DNA of 34,174 nt from Hyphochytrium catenoides (Eukaryota; Protista; Hyphochytriomycota). Positions 26,901-34,174 of the stretch are shown one piece after another. Position 1 is the stretch's first letter. Every line of letters begins with the position of its first letter. Made by a program: the position numbers and the translations under genes. Under the pieces are notes generated by a model. The model made no database searches. It was not told the origin of the DNA and saw only the letters and a program-made list of their open reading frames with translations. The DNA is taken from the NCBI GenBank assembly GCA_900088475.1, contig FLMG01002762.1, positions 1-34,174 on the forward strand. The letters run 5' to 3'.

Positions 26901-27882
26901 AGCGAGGGACGGCGGGAGTGGGAGAGCAAGCTGCGGGAGGTCCAGCACAAGTCGGAGGCGGCGCTGATGCGGGTGATGGAGCCCGTTGGAGGTGCAGACT
27001 GGGGCGTGAAGGTCATTGGACTGCAGGTATATAAAGAGGCACTTGGCCACACTCTCGCTTCTCATGCTTCTACTCGTCTATTTTTGCCTTCTCTCTCTCT
27101 CTCTCTCTCTTGTGAGAGCAAGCGGGTCTGCCCTGTCCCTCTCACTTTCTCCCACTCTTCTTTGCCCTTACAGTCGTTGTACCTCAACAATGGTGCGTCA
27201 TTGGCCGAGTACCTTTCCCCACACCTATGCTTATGTCTCTCTTCTCTCTCTTGAGCCTTCCCTCACACACTTTCCTCCTTGTTCTTGGTCCATCTCCCTT
27301 CGTTCTGTTTCTCTATAGACTGCTGTGGACACGGCAGAGCTCCTGCTCCGAACTGAGCTTCAGTACAAGGCAGAGATCCAGCAGCTCAGCGCCAAACAGC
27401 GGCAGTTGAGACAGGAAATCAACAAGTTTGAGTCCAAATATTTCACCTACAGAAGGACGAGAAACGAGGAGAGAGGGCCAGGCTCGGAGGAAGCCTCTCT
27501 TTCTCGGCAAGAGAGTGAGTCAAGACAGAGGAGCAGCGGCAGGAGGAGAAGGGCTGCGGAGGACGAGGAGGAAGAAGACGAGGAAGAGGAGAGACAGAGG
27601 AACTTAACGAGAGAGCAGCAGCCATCGCGCAGCGTGCAGATTGAGAGGAGCAGGCAAGCCTTCAAAGAGAGACGACGAGGTTCAAGGGAAGCCTCTGTAG
27701 GCTCAAATGGCCGAAGGAACCTGCCCAACCGACAGCGAGAGCAAGAGAGAAGAGAGAAAGGAGGACGTGGTCTCTCTCTTCGTCAAGCTTTCCAACAAAG
27801 TCAGCGACGAGGAGGAAGCGCTACAATGCCAAAGGGCAGAATCCCAACCGAAAGGAGAGGGGAGGAGGCTGCCGCCGCGTAG
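23957..27882 (+). CDS. FMR1/FXR-like KH-domain RNA-binding protein with a ~490-aa low-complexity N-terminus; 6 exons
   Basis: Exons 23957-25432, 25767-25897, 26091-26262, 26428-26607, 26838-27026, 27319-27882 join in frame. KH0-like VAIPSELASWC...EAAVHRAGILLSTHLR; KH1 QEFSVDREAIGWVIGRSGENI...VGKSREAVEQARALLDF; degenerate KH2; then AVDTAELLLRTELQYKAEIQQL. The order parallels FMRP. Confidence 0.8.
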
Positions 27883-28201
27883 ACAGAAGACAGTCCTTCC
27901 CTTTGTAATACTTCCTCGTTTTTACTTTTCTTTCTCTCTCTCTCGCTCTCTTTCTGTTGCTCTCTCCTTTCTTCTCCTTTGTCTATCTCTTCGATCCTTT
28001 CCATTCGTCTCCCATGCCGATCGGGTCTAGGTGTCGACAACTTCATCATGTACTCCTTCTCTGTCTCTCTCTTCCTCTCTCTCTCTCTCCCGCATCTCTC
28101 TATAGAAGCCAAGGCATCAGTGAGAGAGAGCACAGATTATGTTCCTAACGCTTTGAACTATATTTTCTGTTTAAATGATACAGCTCTTCTACCCTCTCTC
28201 C

Positions 28202-28548
28202 TCAGCCTAGCGAGCAGCTCCCGCCGCTTTGCTTGTCAGGCTGCGGGCACTCGCACCACTTGCGACCCTGGCGCTCGACCTCAGCCTTCACAGAATCTTT
28301 GTGCTGGCCGCAGCCCTTCCTAGAGAGAGAGAGAGAGAGACGGGTGAGCGCAAGGAGAGAGAAGCGAGCGAGCCTGAGAGACAGGAAGAAGCCAAACGTG
28401 AAACAGATACGCTTACGCCTTGAGCCAGAGAGAGAGAGAGAGAGCACAAATGGACTGTGTAACCGCGAAAAGAGAGCAGAACCAGAGGAGAAGGCTGTCC
28501 TTACCAGGTGGCATTGCCGCACTTATTGCATTTGACCTCGTAGCACAT
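28202..28548 (-). CDS. 53-aa cysteine-rich putative zinc-binding microprotein; 2 exons
   Basis: Exon 1 28548-28505 (ATG...TG|GTAAGG) plus exon 2 28319-28202 (CTCTAG|G) gives MCYEVKCNKCGNATWKGCGQHKDSVKAEVERQGRKWCECPQPDKQSGGSCSLG*. It fits the pattern MC-x4-C-x2-CG-x2-TW-x-GCG-x-H...C-x-C of a small uncharacterised protein family I recall from fungi, plants and bacteria. Confidence 0.88.
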
Positions 28549-28589
28549 ATTTTGAGAGAAATGGAGAGAGAGAGACCCTGGGGCCGCGT

Positions 28590-28617
28590 GTCTTGAGTCT
28601 TGTGTCTTGAGTCTTGA
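28590..28617. repeat. Heptamer tandem array (GTCTTGW)4
   Basis: gtcttga gtcttgt gtcttga gtcttga, about 40 nt upstream of the microprotein ATG. Confidence 0.85.
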
Positions 28618-28880
28618 AGACAGTCGTCAAGGAGAGAGAACAAGATTTATGGCTCTCCTGTCTTCTTTCTGCGCTTTGGAGTGGGGCGATGACTGCCGGG
28701 AAGAGATTTTGAGAATGCGCAGAGCTCTGCTTGGACTCGAGCTCTGGTGGCTTTTGATGGCTCGTGGAAATGAATCGAAAAGGTGTGAGAAGGGTACGAG
28801 AGAGAACAAGAGTGGAGAGAGAAAGAGAGGAGAGAGAGAAGAGAGAGGAAGGAGGGAGAGAGACAGAGGGAGAGAGAGAA

Positions 28881-28928
<48 letters not shown>

Positions 28929-30383
28929 TGTGTGTGAAACCAAGAGACAGCAGGAAAGTGACAAATCGGAGTCAAGAATATATATCCACTTGCTTAATAC
29001 CTCTCCATATCCAATCCCTCTCTCTGATAGATCCCTACCTCTTGGTGGATGAATCAAGGCTTTATTAGACTCTTATCGAAGCTCTGTCTCGCGTTTTCCG
29101 GTTCTGTTTCCTCCCACTCCTACTCTGTCTCTTTCACTCCCCATCCAGCTGCTCTGCCCTGTTCCCAGCTGGAGCTTTCTTGCGTCTGAAGAGAACATGG
29201 AAGAAACGTAACTTTCAATATTCCAGGCCAAAGGAAACCCGTGAAACTAAACATATCTTTCGTAATGTTTTCATGCTGGTCGTTACTGTCGATGGGACAT
29301 GCTGCTGCATGTTCCCAGCTGGGTCATGCGCCTTATCTCTCTCTCTCTCTCTCTCTCTTCCTCGCTCTCTTCCTCTCTCTCTCTCTCTCTNNNNNNNNNN
29401 NNNNNNNNNNNNNTCTCTCTCTCTCTCTCTCTCTCTCTCACTTTCTCTATCTCTTCGCTCTCTCTCTCTCTCTTGCTCGCTCTCTCGCTATCTATCTCTC
29501 GCTCTTGCTCTCTCCCTCTCTCTTCCTCTCCCCACGCTTTCTTCCTCTCCCTCTTCCCTCACTCCCTCTCTCTACCTTTCTCGCACTCTCTCTCCCATGC
29601 TCTCTCTTTCCCAAGCTCTTTCCTCTTCCATCCCGCTCACACTTACTCTTCTTTGTTGGCTCATGCCCACTCTTTTCCTCTTTTCTTTTGTCTCTTCTCT
29701 TTCCTTTCTCTATTCGCGCTCAACTCTCTCTCCTCTTCTCTCCTGGTGTCCGGTGCCATCTTGCCCTCTCTCCCCAGCTCAGTCAGAGCGGCCACCTTCG
29801 CCAGCTCCGTCCCAGACTGCGCCTTTTCTCTCTTATTTTCTCCCTAATCATTCTCTCTCAGTCTCTTTCTCCATCTCATGAGAATCTTTTATCGCTTTTT
29901 TGTCCACCGGCAACCTCTCCACATATCTTCATGCTATTTGCGTGGCCCTCGCCTGTCCGTCCTCTCTCCCTGTTCTCTCTCCCTCTCTCTGTCTTTTCTC
30001 TCTCTCTCTCTCTCTCCCTTGGTCTCTCTCTCAGATGACCTACGCGCTCCTCTCCACTCTGCATGATGCGCTCTCTCATCTTCCTCTTGCGGTGGCTCCC
30101 CATCTTCTCTCGCGCACCATCTCTCTCCTATCTTCTCTCTCTCTCTCTCCTGTCCGTCCCTGGGGGCCTCCCTGTCCTCTGTCTCTCTCTCAGCTGTATT
30201 TTTCCTCTCTCCAGACTTTGGAGGATAACTTGAAAGAGAAGAGAGAGAAAGACTGAAGAAGGATCCCTCAAAAAAGAGACAGGAAGGCAATAATCTCCTT
30301 CTGCATGAGAAGACGGAGTCATTGCTGCTGAAGTCTTGCCCGCGCTGAGGAAGGAGGTGCTTGCCTTAGCTTATAATATCCAA

Positions 30384-30417
<34 letters not shown>

Positions 30418-31578
30418 CCCTCTCCTTTTTCTCTCTCTCTCTTTCTCTCTGTCTTCCCTCCGTTTCCCTTTTACGAAAGCTAACAAGAGGAATAGCAGAG
30501 CGAGAAGCACCTTGGTGTTGGTTCTCTCTCTTCCTTGCTCTCTTCTCCGGTCAATAAAGCATGTGAATGATGGGCAAAGGGCTGAGTTTCCTCTCCCCTC
30601 TCTCTCGCTGTTCTCTCTCCTACTATTCGCAGACCAAATAACCAGTCAACTTCCTACCTACCCTACTTCCTCTCTCTTCACTTGTTTTCCTCTCTCTCCT
30701 ATCCCTCCCTCTTCTTTTTTGCACCAGGGCTGCCTTCTTCTTCTGTTGCTCTTCTCTCTCTGTGTCTGTCACTAACACGATCGCTCTCAATCTCCCCTCG
30801 TTTTCTTCTTTTCATAGGTTTGAATCTGCGCTCTTTCTCTCGTCTCTTCCGTCCCGTTTTCATCTCTCTCTCTCTCTCTCTCCCTCTCTCTCTCTCNNNN
30901 NNNNNNNNNNNNNNNNNNNNNNNNNNNNNNNNNNNCTCTCTCTCGGTCTCTCTCTCTCTCTCCCTCTCTCTCTCTCTCTCTCCGCCTCTCTCTCGGTCTC
31001 TCCCTCTCTCTTCTGTCTTCCACCCTCTCTCCTCCTCTATTACTCTTCCTACTTTCTATCTAGTCGTCCTCGCGTCTCTTATGACCTCCTTCCTCTCTCA
31101 TCACCCTGCTTTCCCTTTTCTCGCTTTCCCATACGCACTTCCTTTTCTCTTTGTCCATTTCTCTCTTGCTCCCACATCTCTCTCTCTCTCTCTCTCTCTC
31201 CTCCCACTCTTCTGACCTCAACCTTCGTCCCAGGTGTAGAAAGGACGACTACAGCGGCACCATCTGATCATCAAGGAGAGAGAGAGAGAGAATCTGATCA
31301 TCAAGAACAGAGAGAGAGAGAGAGAGCAAAAGAAAGGGAGAGAGAAAGAGAGAGAAAGAAGAGGAAAATAAAGGACCTAGGAAGAGAGGCAAATAACGAG
31401 ACATAAAGAAAGAGGAAAGAGAGAAAGAGAGAGCAGCCAAGCTGAGAGATTGTCCAGGAGAGTAACGGACAACGGACAGGAGAGCGAAAACAGAAAGGAG
31501 GAAGGAGATGACAGAGCGATTGACCCGAAAAATAATAGCGAGGAAAAGAAAGAGAGAGAGAGACAGAAAGAGAGGGAA

Positions 31579-31613
<35 letters not shown>

Positions 31614-31625
31614 AATAGATCAAGC

Positions 31626-31767
31626 GCAGGGGGTCACCGAAGGTTGATGTCACATGTACAGCCCCGTCGGGTTTGCCGAGAGAGAAATCTGTGATGATGA
31701 CGCACCGGCCTCATCCGGCGGCTATCCTCCGACCAGTACAACGGATCCTCTTTCTCTCCTTTCTTTC

Positions 31768-31813
<46 letters not shown>

Positions 31814-32622
31814 GTTTCTTCCTCTTTCATCCAGTCCTCTTTCGGGAGAGACAGGCCGCAATTCCGCTCCGGCTCAGGCTGCTCATGTCCCACTGATGAC
31901 GGATGAGCTGAGAAACCCAGTTTCGGCTGCTTCCTTTACCCTTTCAAGCTGAGGCGCTGGACGCAACGACTCCATTGTCTCCTTCTGTGCGAGAGAGAAA
32001 GAGAGAGAGAGACAGAGAGAGAGGCAAGCCAAGAGAGAGAGAGAGAGGGCGGAGGAGAGAGACAGACAGACAGGTAGAGACACAGAGACAGAAACAACAG
32101 GAGGGTAGAGAGACAGAGAGAGAAAGTGAGAGAGGCAAAAATTTTTTCTTCGAAGTGAGAACAACATTGTATGATCACTCTTCTGCAGGAGAGGACGAGA
32201 GCTAGGGATGGAGAGAACATAGAGAGGCAGAAAAAGAGAGATCCAGACAGAGAATAAAAAAATGAACGTAGCGAACTAACAAGAGGGAAAGAGAAGCAAA
32301 AAGAGAGAACATTGGTGATAGAGAGAAAAGAGAGGAAGACGGAAAGGGGAGAGAGAGTTCAAACCCATGTGCGGAAAAAGCAGCAAAGAACAAGGGACAA
32401 GAGAGCTTCGTCGGGAGAAAGCAGAAGTAAGAGAGAAAGCGTGTAACTCAAGAGAGAGAGAGAGATATAATCATAGAGAGAGAGAGAGAGAGAGAGACCA
32501 TCCATTTGTACCGGTCAGGATTCAGTCGAATCACGGGGACGGCGCATCCTTACCACGAAATCTCTCTCTCGGCAAACCCGACGGGATTGCACATGTGACA
32601 TCATTCTTCCGAGAACTCCTGT
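31626..32622. repeat. Long imperfect inverted repeat (arms ~31626-31750 and ~32497-32622)
   Basis: Core 31645-31685 is complementary to 32563-32603 at 38/41 positions; degenerate complementarity continues on both sides. Confidence 0.9.
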
Positions 32623-32637
32623 TGCGCCATCTCTCTC

Positions 32638-32677
<40 letters not shown>

Positions 32678-32875
32678 CTCTCTCCTCTTTTCTCTCTCCG
32701 TCCCTCCCTTTTTCACTTCTCTCTCTCTCTCTCTGTCTGTTGCCTTCAACTCGCTATATTCGTCTTGAACTCCGCTCCTCGCTCCCTCTGGCGGTTGAGC
32801 TGGTTAACCCACTTTCGGCTGCTTTCTACCATTTTTCAAGCTGAGCCGCTCGCTGGACGGGCTGTTCGACGACTC
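31863..32875. repeat. Dispersed direct repeat of a non-coding element (copies ~31863-31972 and ~32771-32875)
   Basis: 31897-31953 versus 32789-32845 is 44/57 identical with no gaps. Both copies also share flanking TCCGCTCC, CGCTGGACG and ACGACTC. Confidence 0.88.
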
Positions 32876-32952
32876 TCCCAGCATCTTTTCCTCTGTGGAG
32901 GAGAGAGACACACACAGAGAAAGAAAGAGTAAGAGAGAAAGAGAAAGAGAGT

Positions 32953-32994
<42 letters not shown>

Positions 32995-33389
32995 AAGAGC
33001 GAGAGAGAGACACACACCGATAGACACAGAGAGAGGGGGGAGCGAGGGAGATGCTAAAATAAGCGGAACAGATATTTCTACTTGTACAGGTACCAAGAAA
33101 AAATAGAGTGAGATACTTGTTTGACAAGAAAGAGAGGGAGGGTAGGCACGTAAGAGAGGGAGAAAAACGAAGGAGGAAACAGAGGGAGGGGAGACTACGG
33201 AGAGAGAGGGAGAGAAACAGAGAATGCGGGCTGAAAGGTAAAAGACATCTGGAAGGGCTGGAAAGAGATAAGAAGAACTGAGGAGGAAGAGATGCAAGAA
33301 GAGAGAGGTGCGACAACCAGAAAGGTGAAACGAAATGGAACGGCAGCGCAGCAGCAGTCGGTAGAACTACAGCCATCATTATAGAAACC

Positions 33390-33428
<39 letters not shown>

Positions 33429-34045
33429 NNNNNNCTCTCTCTCTCTCTCTCTCTCTCTCTTTTCACTATTTCTCTTCCACCGCTCCCCTGCTCTGTCTCT
33501 CTCTCTTTTTCGCTCTGTCTCATTGCCTCTCGCCTTCCCTTTTCTCTCTCTCTCTCTTTCCTCCGTGCTCACTTTCTTTATCTTCTTCTCTTTTCTACTT
33601 GCTTAACCATTTTTCTCCGTTCGCACCCTGCATAAAAGGCGCAGGGTTGGCCTCACCACTCATCACGCAACAGAAAGAGAAACAGTCACGGGTTCCTCTC
33701 TCTGTTTTTCTGCGGCAAAGAAATAGAGCAGAGAGAAAAGAGAGAGGAAAACCATAAAACGGTAGATAATTTTAGACCTTGTTTTCTCCCTTATTAGTAC
33801 AAAACAGTAGAAAAGAGGTGTCTCTGTCTCTCTTTCTTTCATGTTGTCTGTCTCTCCATGCAGCATCCTCCCATCTTCTCCATCAATTTTTCTCTCTCCT
33901 TCTCTCTATCTCCCTTTGGTCCACTCTCTATTTGTTTTTCTCTATCCCCAATTTTCTCCGTTTCTCTCTATCTCTCTTTCTCTCCCTCTCTCTCCCCCTG
34001 TCTCTCTTTCTCCCCTTCCCTCTCTTTCCCTCCCTTTCTTCACAG

Positions 34046-34075
34046 CTAAAAAACAACAGAGGCAGAATATAGCTG
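34046..34075 (+). other. Possible 30-nt micro-exon of a + strand transcript continuing beyond the window
   Basis: Long pyrimidine tract ending TTCACAG, then CTAAAAAACAACAGAGGCAGAATATAGCTG, then GTGCGT, a donor also used in the kinesin gene. Confidence 0.35.
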
Positions 34076-34174
34076 GTGCGTCTCATCAAGCAGGCACTGT
34101 TTTTTTCTCTCCCTCTCTCTCTCTATCTATCTCTATCTATCGAGAACTATCTAGAAAACTCTCTCTCTCTCTCT

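Larger units (their letters stand above)
29740..33650 (+). ncRNA. Candidate large structured non-coding RNA or structured intron/UTR (unknown class)
   Basis: No credible ORF; many mutually complementary unique islands separated by alternating TC and GA tracts. Strand is tentative: G-U pairs favour + for several helices but not for the main inverted repeat. Confidence 0.35.

Noticed and set aside
28239-28315. GC-rich hairpin GGCTGCGG/CCGCAGCC that looked like an ncRNA
   Set aside because: It lies inside exon 2 of the Cys-rich microprotein, which explains the sequence.
29180-31653. Long ORFs rich in SLSL or RERE (also 6209-6946, 23297-23725, 32804-33523 and many others)
   Set aside because: These are translations of (TC)n/(GA)n tracts, which lack stop codons.
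31893-31925. Hammerhead-like CTGATGA...GAAAC, and C/D-box-like TGATGA...CTGA
   Set aside because: Hammerhead stem II does not form, and TGATGA is not conserved in the second copy.
31900-31975. TPP riboswitch resemblance (GCTGAGAAA...TACCCTTTCAAGCTGA...CTGGA)
   Set aside because: About 20 extra nt separate CTGAGA from ACCC, the 3' GCGNAGGGA and the 5' GGG of P2 are missing, and the second copy lacks CTGAGA. A cmscan with the TPP model would settle it.
1-34174. CRISPR arrays, rRNA, tRNA, or transposase/reverse transcriptase genes
   Set aside because: No repeat-spacer structure, cloverleaf, rRNA signature or mobile-element ORF was recognised.

Overview
This is eukaryotic nuclear DNA from an intron-rich, gene-dense organism, probably a non-metazoan protist (the lineage cannot be fixed from this window). 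It has abundant (GA)n/(TC)n microsatellites and several N gaps, and most ORFs in the supplied track are microsatellite artefacts. Splicing by hand gives eight genes: a kinesin-8-like motor (minus, runs off the left edge), LCMT1/PPM1, TBL1 (LisH-WD40), an RRM protein with a NELF-E-like N-terminal helix and a GC-AG intron, signal peptide peptidase, a two-repeat PqiA-family membrane protein, an FMR1/FXR-like KH0-KH1-KH2 protein without Agenet domains, and a 53-aa Cys-rich microprotein whose first exon the ORF track misses. The last ~5 kb (29.1-34.2 kb) has no credible ORF, but its non-repetitive islands are related to each other. They include a long inverted repeat with a 38/41-bp core, an ungapped duplicated 57-nt element, an upstream segment complementary to both copies, and several nested long-range helices. 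This region is the best candidate for an undescribed system (a large structured ncRNA, a small-RNA precursor, or structure-controlled splicing). All similarity calls were made by eye from remembered family motifs; no searches or folding were run.
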